Of a stretch of 64,000 bases of DNA, positions 57,301-64,000 are shown one piece after another. Origin of the DNA: an uncultured Chloroflexia bacterium (GTDB taxonomy: Bacteria > Chloroflexota > Limnocylindria > Limnocylindrales > CSP1-4); NCBI GenBank assembly GCA_963720965.1, contig CAVRHD010000002.1, forward strand, positions 155,908-219,907, read 5' to 3'. The first letter of the stretch is position 1, and the number at the start of each line of letters is the position of its first letter. Made by a program: the position numbers and the translations under genes. The notes beneath the pieces are model-generated. The model was not told where the DNA came from. It did no database searches and saw nothing but the letters and a program-made list of their open reading frames with translations.

Positions 57301-58006
57301 AGCGGGCGAGCCACCCAGCCCGGCCCGGCTGGCAACGCTCCGCCGCCGCTATCACGAGCTCGGGGCGGCCAATCCATTGGCGATCGAGGAATATGCCGAG
57401 CTCAAGGAACGCCTCGATCGCCTCGAGGCCCAGGAGTCGGACCTGCGCCAGGCGATCGACACGACGCGGACGCTCATCGACGAGCTCGGGACGATGGTTT
57501 CCGAGCAGTTCCGGACGACGTTCCGGAACCTCGAGGTTGCCTTCGACGACCGCTTCAAGCAGCTCTTCGGTGGCGGCTACGCGCGGCTCGAGCTGACCGA
57601 TCCGGAGGATCTTTCGACGACCGGTGTCGAGATCGTGGCGCGCCCGCCGGGCAAGAAGCCGCAGGCCCTGGCGATGCTGTCCGGCGGCGAGCGGGCCCTG
57701 ACCGCGGTGGCCCTGCTGTTCGCGATGCTGGCCGTCCGGCCCGTGCCGTTCTGCGTCCTGGACGAGGTCGACGCGGCCCTCGACGAGGCAAACATCGGGC
57801 GGTTCGCCGACGCCCTGCGCTCGCTGGCCGGCCAGATCCAGTTCATCGTGATCACCCACAACCGGGGCACGATCGAAGCGGCCGACGCGCTGTACGGGGT
57901 CACCGTCGGCGATGACTCGGTCAGCCGGGTGATCAGCCTCCGTCTCGACGAGGCCACGGCGATCGCCGAAGGCGCCGCATCCGATTCGGCCGCGGCAGCT
58001 TCCTGA
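54311..58006 (+). CDS. smc: chromosome segregation protein SMC
   Basis: 1231 aa. N-terminal Walker A [23 protein letters not shown]. Long Ala/Glu/Arg coiled coils with a central hinge. C-terminal [17 protein letters not shown]...[16 protein letters not shown]. Overlaps the rnc stop. Confidence 0.95.
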   Translation: [1231 protein letters not shown]

Positions 58007-58007
58007 C

Positions 58008-59258
58008 GTGTTCTGGCGTCGCAAGCCGAGGGAGGAGGCCGCCCCCGAGGGCCAGGACGGGCTCGAGCCTGCGCCGGTACCGGCTGACTGGGAGCCGGAT
58101 CCGGCGGATTTCGACGATCCGGCGACGGAGGTCGGCCCGGCTCCGCCTGCGGCGACTCCGACCGCGGAACCTGTGCCGACGCCTGTCGCCGAATCGGCGC
58201 CGGATCCTGTGGCTGAGCCTGACCTTGAACCGGCGCCGGGGCCGGTGGTGGCGCCAGGGCCGGCCGCCGAAGCCGCGCCGGCGCCTGATCCTGTCGCGCC
58301 GGCTCCGGTCGTCGCGCCGGCTCCGGAGGCGGTGTGGGATCCCCAGGCCTGGGTCGAGGCGGCCGGCAGCCTCGAGACGGGGGTCGCTCGCAGCCGGGGC
58401 GGATTCATGTCGCGCCTGCGAGGCATCCTCGGCGACCCGTCCGTCGACGGACCGTCCTGGGACGAGGTCGAAGAGACCCTGATCGGCGGTGATGTCGGGG
58501 GCCAGCTGGCGGTCGAGGTCGTCGAGCGGGCCCGTCGCCGCCACGACCCGGCCGGCAACCTCGCCGGCGTACGAGCCGAGCTGGCAGCTCTCCTGGTGCC
58601 ACGCGATGTCGATTGGCGGCCGCGGCCGGCGAGCGTGGACCAGCCCGCCGTCGTGCTGATCGTGGGCGTGAATGGCACCGGCAAGACGACCACGATCGGC
58701 AAGCTCGCCGGCCGCTACCGGGCCGAGGGCATGAGCGTGATCCTGGCCGCCGCGGACACCTTCCGCGCTGCGGCGATCGAGCAGCTCGGGATCTGGGCCC
58801 GCCGGTCGGGCAGCACCATGATCGCCCACGCTCCAGGCGCCGACCCGGGTGCGGTCGTCTACGACGCGCTCGACGCGGCGGTTGCCCGCGGGACCGATCT
58901 GGTCATCGCCGATACCGCCGGCCGGCTGCACACCAAGGTGAACCTGATGGACGAGCTGGCCAAGATCCGCCGGATCATCGACAAGCGCCTGCCCGGGGCC
59001 CAGCCCGAGGTCCTGTTCGTGCTCGACGCGACGACCGGCCAGAACGGCCTCGCCCAGGCCCGGGCGTTCCACGAGGCGACCGGCCTGACCGGCATCGTCC
59101 TGACCAAGCTCGACTCGACCGCCAAGGGCGGCATCGTCTTCGCCATCGAGGCCGATCTCGGGGTGCCCGTCCGGTTCGTCGGAGTGGGGGAGCAGGTCGG
59201 CGACCTCCTGCCCTTCGATCCCGATGCCTTCGTCGAGGCCCTCTTCGCCGACTCGTAG
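58008..59258 (+). CDS. ftsY: signal recognition particle receptor FtsY
   Basis: Pro/Ala/Glu-rich N-terminal domain, then the NG domain: [20 protein letters not shown]...[14 protein letters not shown]...[10 protein letters not shown]...[13 protein letters not shown]. Confidence 0.95.
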   Translation: MFWRRKPREEAAPEGQDGLEPAPVPADWEPDPADFDDPATEVGPAPPAATPTAEPVPTPVAESAPDPVAEPDLEPAPGPVVAPGPAAEAAPAPDPVAPAPVVAPAPEAVWDPQAWVEAAGSLETGVARSRGGFMSRLRGILGDPSVDGPSWDEVEETLIGGDVGGQLAVEVVERARRRHDPAGNLAGVRAELAALLVPRDVDWRPRPASVDQPAVVLIVGVNGTGKTTTIGKLAGRYRAEGMSVILAAADTFRAAAIEQLGIWARRSGSTMIAHAPGADPGAVVYDALDAAVARGTDLVIADTAGRLHTKVNLMDELAKIRRIIDKRLPGAQPEVLFVLDATTGQNGLAQARAFHEATGLTGIVLTKLDSTAKGGIVFAIEADLGVPVRFVGVGEQVGDLLPFDPDAFVEALFADS

Positions 59259-59303
59259 CTCTTCGTGGGGCGAGACCCTGTCCACCGGGCCACGCGAACC
59301 CTT

Positions 59304-59326
59304 GGTTTGTCGCGCCACAATCGACA
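59304..59326. repeat. left copy of an imperfect 23/24-nt direct repeat flanking the XRE gene
   Basis: GGTTTGTCGCGCCACAATCGACA at 59304-59326 versus GGTTTTGTCGCGCCACGATCAACA at 60244-60267. There are two substitutions and one T indel. Confidence 0.75.
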
Positions 59327-59375
59327 GGTCATTCGTCGGTGAGGCCCTGCGACGAGCTGCGTGCTGTAGTCCCGC

Positions 59376-60107
59376 GTGAAACGCGTTGCGAATCGCACCG
59401 AAAATCGCATCGCGATCCGGGATGGTGAGCGAGCCCTGCGTCAGCAGTCGACGCGGGCCTCGGACGAGCTCAGGTCGCTCAGGCTCCGGGCGGGCGTCTC
59501 GCAGTCGGCCGTCGCAGCGGCGGTCGGGATCAGCCGATCGCTGATGTGCCGGCTCGAGAAGGGAGATCCAAGCGTCTCCCTGAGGACGCGCTTTCGTGTC
59601 GCGGCGCTGCTCGGCGGGGACCTTCGTCTGACGGCCTACGAGGGATCTGGGGCCCTCATTCGAGACTCGGTCCAGGCGAACATCATGGAACAACTGCTGG
59701 GGATGCGGAATCCGGGCTGGCGCCCAACGCTCGAAGCGGACGTGCCGGGTGCTGGCAGTCGATCGGTCGACCTCCGTCTCGACAGTTCGACGGCCATCGT
59801 GCTGATCGAGGTCGAGACACGCCTGGCCAGCCTCGAGGAGATCGTTCGGGAGCTTCACGCCAAGCGTGGGGCGTTCATGGATGCGGCCCCGGGTGGCTCA
59901 CGGCTACCTCTCCACCTCGTCCTGGCATTGCCAGTCACCCGCCGCCATCACGCCCTCGTTGCCGATCACCCGCAGATCATTCGGAGCGCCTTTCCGACGC
60001 CGTCGGCCGCAATCCGGCGAGCGTTGGTTTCGCCGCCTGCGCCCTGGCCCGGCGACGGCATCCTGTGGATGCGCCGCGAGCCCAACGTGTTGTTTCGCTC
60101 CACGTAA
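59376..60107 (+). CDS. XRE-family helix-turn-helix protein with an uncharacterised ~170 aa C-terminal domain
   Basis: The HTH is LRSLRLRAGVSQSAVAAAVGISRSLMCRLEKGDPSVSLRTRFRVAALLGGDL. The C-terminal part (...SRSVDLRLDSSTAIVLIEVETRLASLEEIVRELHAKR...) matches no family I recognise. GTG start at 59376. Confidence 0.7.
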   Translation: MKRVANRTENRIAIRDGERALRQQSTRASDELRSLRLRAGVSQSAVAAAVGISRSLMCRLEKGDPSVSLRTRFRVAALLGGDLRLTAYEGSGALIRDSVQANIMEQLLGMRNPGWRPTLEADVPGAGSRSVDLRLDSSTAIVLIEVETRLASLEEIVRELHAKRGAFMDAAPGGSRLPLHLVLALPVTRRHHALVADHPQIIRSAFPTPSAAIRRALVSPPAPWPGDGILWMRREPNVLFRST

Positions 60108-60243
60108 CAAAACCCGCGTTGCGGCCCATTCGGAGACCGCCGACAGCGCGGGAGTGACGAGTTCGGTCCCGATCCACGCTCGGGCCGGGATGAAAATACC
60201 GAGCTCGGGAGCCTCGACCCACGGGCCAAGACATGAAACGCCG

Positions 60244-60267
60244 GGTTTTGTCGCGCCACGATCAACA
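60244..60267. repeat. right copy of the direct repeat flanking the XRE gene
   Basis: See the left copy. A partial inverted copy (ACAAAACCCG, 60106-60115; reverse complement CGGGTTTTGT) abuts the XRE stop codon. Confidence 0.75.
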
Positions 60268-60272
60268 AACAC

Positions 60273-60335
60273 GGCCGAAGCCACGGCCGGCGTCACGGGC
60301 CGAAGCCACGGGCCGGCAGCCACGGCCGACGCCAC
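60273..60335. repeat. five tandem degenerate 12-14-nt units (consensus about GGCCGRMGYCAC) upstream of ffh
   Basis: The units are GGCCGAAGCCAC, GGCCGGCGTCAC, GGGCCGAAGCCAC, GGGCCGGCAGCCAC and GGCCGACGCCAC, read directly from 60273-60335. The region is non-coding, ~200-260 nt upstream of the ffh ATG. Confidence 0.65.
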
Positions 60336-60531
60336 AGGCCAAGGGCTGGAGCGCGAGCTGGTGCGCCACGGCACCGCAAAGCGAGCACGAGCCCATGGCC
60401 TCATTCCGGGACTCAGCGGAGCGTGCGCTACAATCGAGGCTCCTCGGTGCGTCAGAACCCGCGCACCAACCGGGTGCCGTTGTGGCCCGTCCAGCCTCGA
60501 CCTCGACCGATTCGACGGAGACGCCAAGTCC

Positions 60532-61866
60532 ATGTTTGACGCGCTGAGCGAGCGCCTGCGCAAGACCCTCGGTTCGCTGACCGGTCGCGGCCGGGTCAGC
60601 GAGGCCGACGTTGATGCTGCCATGCGCGAAGTGCGGATGGCGCTCCTCGAGGCCGACGTCAACTTCAAGGTCGTCCGCGATTTCGTCGCCCGCGTCCGGG
60701 AGCGGGCCATCGGCGCGGACATCCTCGAGAGCCTGACGGCCGGCCAGCAGGTCGTGTCGATCGTCAACGAGGAGCTGACGGCGCTCCTGTCGGCCGGCGA
60801 TCGAACCTTCCACCTGCAGGGCAATCCGGCTGTCGTGATGCTCATCGGCCTGCAGGGCTCGGGCAAGACGACGTCCGCCGCCAAGCTGGCCCGGGCCACC
60901 ATCAAGCTCGGCCGCCGCCCGCTCCTCGTGGCCGCCGACCCGTACCGGCCGGCCGCCGCGGACCAGCTCGCGACCCTCGGCGCGGCAATCGATGTGCCCG
61001 TCCATCGCGCGCCGGCCGGGACCTCGGTCGCCGCGATCGCCCAAGGTGGGATCGAAGCTGCCCGCCGAACGGCCCGTGACGTCGTCATCATCGATACCGC
61101 CGGGCGGCTGACGATCGACGAGGCGCTCATGGCCGAGATCGCCGGCCTGGACAAGTCCGTCCATCCGGTCGAGACCCTCCTCGTCGTCGACGCCATGACC
61201 GGCCAGGAAGCCGTCGCCGTTGCCCAGGCCTTCGCCGCGGCCGTGCCGGTCACTGGCCTGATCCTGACCAAGATCGACGGCGACGCCCGGGGCGGTGCCG
61301 CCCTGTCGATCAGCGCCGTGACCGGTCTGCCGGTCAAGTTCCTGGGGACCGGCGAGAAGACCGACGCCCTGGAGGTCTTCCATCCGGATCGGCTGGCCGG
61401 CCGGATCCTGGGCATGGGCGACGTCCTGACCCTGGTCGAGCGGGCCCAGGACACCTTCGACGCCGGCCAGGCCGCCAAGCTCGAGGAGAAGCTGCGCAAG
61501 TCGCAGTTCACCCTCGACGACTTCCTCGACCAGCTCCAGCAGGTCCAGAAGATGGGCGGCATCAGCCAGCTCGTCGGGATGCTGCCAGGCATGGGCGGCA
61601 TGGCCAAGCAGGCCGAGGATGCCGTCAACCGCGGCGAGCTGCGCCGGACCGAGGCGATCATCCGATCGATGACCCCTCGTGAACGGCGCGATACGAATGT
61701 CCTGAATGCCGCCCGTCGGCGACGAATCGCGGCGGGCTCGGGAACGACCCTGACCGACGTGAACCGGCTGGTCAAGCAGTTCGCCGAGATGCAGAAAATG
61801 ATCAAGCAGTTCTCGGGCGGTGCCGGCCGGCGGAGTGCCGCGGCCGGCCTGCTCGGCCGGCGCTAA
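60532..61866 (+). CDS. ffh: signal recognition particle protein Ffh
   Basis: MFDALSERLRKTLGSLTGRGRVSEADVDAAMREVRMALLEADVNFKVV...VVMLIGLQGSGKTTSAAKLA...IIDTAGRL...LILTKIDGDARGGAALS... The Met-rich M domain is GMLPGMGGM. The start is placed at ATG 60532. The 222 upstream codons of ORF 59866.. are open only because of GC content. Confidence 0.95.
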   Translation: MFDALSERLRKTLGSLTGRGRVSEADVDAAMREVRMALLEADVNFKVVRDFVARVRERAIGADILESLTAGQQVVSIVNEELTALLSAGDRTFHLQGNPAVVMLIGLQGSGKTTSAAKLARATIKLGRRPLLVAADPYRPAAADQLATLGAAIDVPVHRAPAGTSVAAIAQGGIEAARRTARDVVIIDTAGRLTIDEALMAEIAGLDKSVHPVETLLVVDAMTGQEAVAVAQAFAAAVPVTGLILTKIDGDARGGAALSISAVTGLPVKFLGTGEKTDALEVFHPDRLAGRILGMGDVLTLVERAQDTFDAGQAAKLEEKLRKSQFTLDDFLDQLQQVQKMGGISQLVGMLPGMGGMAKQAEDAVNRGELRRTEAIIRSMTPRERRDTNVLNAARRRRIAAGSGTTLTDVNRLVKQFAEMQKMIKQFSGGAGRRSAAAGLLGRR

Positions 61867-61878
61867 GCAGGGGGTTTT

Positions 61879-63636
61879 GTGATGACCGAACCGACAGGAC
61901 CAGGCGTCCTCGAGCCAACGACGGACGCGGTGCCAACGACCGCCCTCGATAGCAGCAGCTCCGATGCCGCCAATGCTCCGGCCGCCGCCCCGCGCCGGGC
62001 ACATCGCCTGCGCTGGGCCCTCGCCGCCGTGGGCTCGGCCGCCGTGATCGCCATGGGCGCCCTCGGCTTCGCCGTCGTCGCATCGGGCTCGTCGCCATCT
62101 TCGGTCCTGCCCTGGGCGCCGGCCGACGCGATCGTCTACGCCGAGATCCGGGCAGACCTGCCGGGCGACCAGCGCGCCAACCTGCTGGCCTTCCTGTCGC
62201 ACTTTCCCGGCTTTGCCGACCAGACCAACTTCGACGTCAAGGCCGACGAAGGGCTGGACCGGCTGGTCCAGCGGATGACCGACAACAAGCACGACTTCTC
62301 GACCGAGATCAAGCCCTGGTTCAGCGGTCAGCTCGGCGTGTCCGTCGAGTCGGGTAACGCATCGCAGCCAACGGCGTTGCTGGTTGGGTCCGTGCGCGAC
62401 GCCGCCGCCGCGACCGCCTGGCTGAAGTCGATCGAGCCGGCCGGCGCGACCACGTCGACCGTCAACGGGGTCGTCGTGACCCAGTTCGCTGGATCCTCGT
62501 CCGGCGAAACCGACGCCTGGGCAGTCGATGGGTCCGTCGTCCTCGCCGGAAGCGTCGACGTGGTCAAGGCCGCGGCCACGAGTGGACCGAGCAATGGTCT
62601 CGCGAACGAGGCTGGGTTCAAGGCGGCCGAGGCAGCGCTCGGCGGCGACGCCCTGGGCACCGTGTACGTCGACGTCAAGGATTACGTGCAGGTGCTGGCC
62701 AAGTCCGAGGCTGCTGCCCTGTCCCAGATGGGTAGCCAGACCGGTGGCGCAATTCCCAGCCTGGCCCCGCTGACCACCCTCGATCCCGCCCTGCTTCCCG
62801 GCTGGACCGCACTGCGCGTTCGAGCCGAGTCGGACCATCTCGTGCTCGACAGCGCCACGCCGCTTGTGGGCACACCGGTCGCTGGGGTCTCGGAGCGGGA
62901 AAGCGTGATCGCCTCCAGCCTGCCCCCATCGACCGTCGCCCAGGCGGAGGTGCGCGACGTCGGTCCGAGCCTCAAGGCCGACATCACCCAGCTCGAAAAG
63001 CTCCCCGGCGGGCCGACTCCCGCCCAGGTTGACGACCTGGCCAAGTACCTCGGTGGCGTCGATGCCGCGATCGGCTGGATCGGCGATGCCGATGCCGTCG
63101 TCATCCATCCCGGCGCGGCATTCGAAGGCGGTCTCGTCGCCCAGACCACCGACGCCACGGCATCGGCCAACCTCGTCACGGCGATCAAGTCCCTGGTCAG
63201 CCTGGGCGGTTCGAAGGCCGGGATCAGCCTCAGCACCGAAACCTACGACGGCCACACGATCACGATCGTGCACGTCACGGCGTCCGACGCCGCCAAGGCT
63301 CCGGAAATCGCCTTCACCGAGACCGACCAGCTCGTGATCGTGGGGATCGGTGACGGCTTCGTGAAGGCCGTCCTCGACACCAGGGCCGGTGACAGCCTCG
63401 CCGACCAGGCCGCCTACCAGCGCGCGATCGGTTTGGCCGGAGCGAGCAACGTGGGCCAGGGCTTCGTCAACCTGACGGCTGTCCGAACCGGCCTCGAGGC
63501 GCTCGCGCCGGCCAAGGATCGAGCCGCCTACGAAGCCAACTTCCAGCCGTACCTCGTCCCAATCGAGAGCCTGGCCTGGTCCAGGGGTCTCGGATCGGAC
63601 CTGACGACGGCCCGGATCGTCCTCGTCCTCAAGTAA
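61879..63636 (+). CDS. hypothetical membrane-anchored extracytoplasmic protein, DUF3352-like
   Basis: N-terminal TM helix (WALAAVGSAAVIAMGALGFAVVA), then LPWAPADAIVYAEIRADLPGDQRANLLAFLSHFPGFADQ, which resembles the DUF3352 N-terminal region. That assignment is from memory and is unverified. 585 aa. The start could be ATG 61882. Confidence 0.6.
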   Translation: MMTEPTGPGVLEPTTDAVPTTALDSSSSDAANAPAAAPRRAHRLRWALAAVGSAAVIAMGALGFAVVASGSSPSSVLPWAPADAIVYAEIRADLPGDQRANLLAFLSHFPGFADQTNFDVKADEGLDRLVQRMTDNKHDFSTEIKPWFSGQLGVSVESGNASQPTALLVGSVRDAAAATAWLKSIEPAGATTSTVNGVVVTQFAGSSSGETDAWAVDGSVVLAGSVDVVKAAATSGPSNGLANEAGFKAAEAALGGDALGTVYVDVKDYVQVLAKSEAAALSQMGSQTGGAIPSLAPLTTLDPALLPGWTALRVRAESDHLVLDSATPLVGTPVAGVSERESVIASSLPPSTVAQAEVRDVGPSLKADITQLEKLPGGPTPAQVDDLAKYLGGVDAAIGWIGDADAVVIHPGAAFEGGLVAQTTDATASANLVTAIKSLVSLGGSKAGISLSTETYDGHTITIVHVTASDAAKAPEIAFTETDQLVIVGIGDGFVKAVLDTRAGDSLADQAAYQRAIGLAGASNVGQGFVNLTAVRTGLEALAPAKDRAAYEANFQPYLVPIESLAWSRGLGSDLTTARIVLVLK

Positions 63637-63714
63637 GGTTCATCGTTCAAGCCACTACGAAATCGGCGGGCCGCCCCCAGCGAGCCCGGAACATCTCAGG
63701 AGGAGACAAGGCCA

Positions 63715-63969
63715 ATGGCCGTTCGAATCAGGCTCACCCGTGTGGGCGCTACCAAGCAGCCGGCTTATCGGGTGGTCGTCGCGGACTCGCGCAGCGCCCG
63801 GGATAGCCGCTCGCTCGAAACGATCGGGCACTACAACCCTCGGACCGATCCGATCGAGCTGAAGATCGACGCCGAGCGGGCCAAGAAGTGGCTGGCCCAG
63901 GGCGCCCAGCCGTCGGACACCGTTGCCCGGCTGTTCCGTTCGGCCGGCATCCTGCCGGCGGGGAAGTAA
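63715..63969 (+). CDS. rpsP: 30S ribosomal protein S16
   Basis: [53 protein letters not shown] upstream. Confidence 0.95.
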   Translation: MAVRIRLTRVGATKQPAYRVVVADSRSARDSRSLETIGHYNPRTDPIELKIDAERAKKWLAQGAQPSDTVARLFRSAGILPAGK

Positions 63970-63972
63970 GCG

Positions 63973-64000
63973 ATGGCTGCCAAGGAGCTCGTGGAATACG
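63973..64000 (+). CDS. KH-domain RNA-binding protein (YlqC/UPF0109-like), first 9 codons only
   Basis: ATG 63973 gives MAAKELVEY..., the usual N-terminus of the small KH protein that follows rpsP. It is truncated by the window edge. Confidence 0.5.

Noticed and set aside
60273-60335. CRISPR array
   Set aside because: The units are only 12-14 nt, directly abutting with no spacers, and degenerate. No cas genes are in the window.
60108-60531. SRP RNA (ffs) in the non-coding stretch upstream of ffh
   Set aside because: I looked for the conserved helix-8 pattern (GGUCAGGUCCGGAAGGAAGCAGCC-like with a GNRA loop). Only GGCAGCC fragments inside the tandem repeat are present, and they do not pair as required.

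Overview
GC-rich, gene-dense chromosomal segment, mostly on the + strand. Many genes are translationally coupled, with overlapping stop and start codons (ATGA, TGATG, GTGA). The content is almost entirely housekeeping. It covers protein export (secF, tatA/tatC, secG, lspA, ftsY, ffh), replication and repair (recJ, ssb, priA, recG, smc), translation (rpsF, rpsR, rpmB, rpmF, rpsP, ileS, def, fmt, rlmN, rluD, rsmD), central and lipid metabolism (pyrF, tpiA, gpmA, rpe, ilvE, coaD, plsX, acpP) and nine tRNA genes in four places. Gene order is of the monoderm (Firmicutes/Actinobacteria/Chloroflexi-like) type: rapZ-yvcK-whiA; rpmB divergent from asp23-DAK2-recG-rsmD-coaD...yceD-rpmF-plsX; asp23-nusB; acpP-rnc-smc-ftsY; ffh...rpsP-KH. 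I cannot place the organism more precisely from the sequence alone. I see no CRISPR array, transposase, integrase, prophage or recognisable defence island, and nothing I can defend as a new multi-gene system. The points worth a second look are these. (1) There are three independent +1 frame breaks in pyrF, gmk and nusB, one in-frame TAA in an AraC-type regulator, and two conserved genes with no ATG/GTG/TTG start. One of those two is a 181-codon ORF absent from the supplied ORF track. (2) A ~0.95 kb XRE-family gene sits between ftsY and ffh, bracketed by an imperfect 23-24 nt direct repeat and followed by a short tandem-repeat array. (3) A 445 bp repeat-rich non-coding region lies upstream of ilvE. 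(4) A small accessory-looking patch at 17.6-25 kb holds a cyclase with an extracytoplasmic C-terminal domain, a lipoprotein, a polytopic GT87-like membrane protein and an orphan receiver-ParA/CpaE-like ATPase. Most long minus-strand ORFs in the track are GC-driven antisense artefacts.
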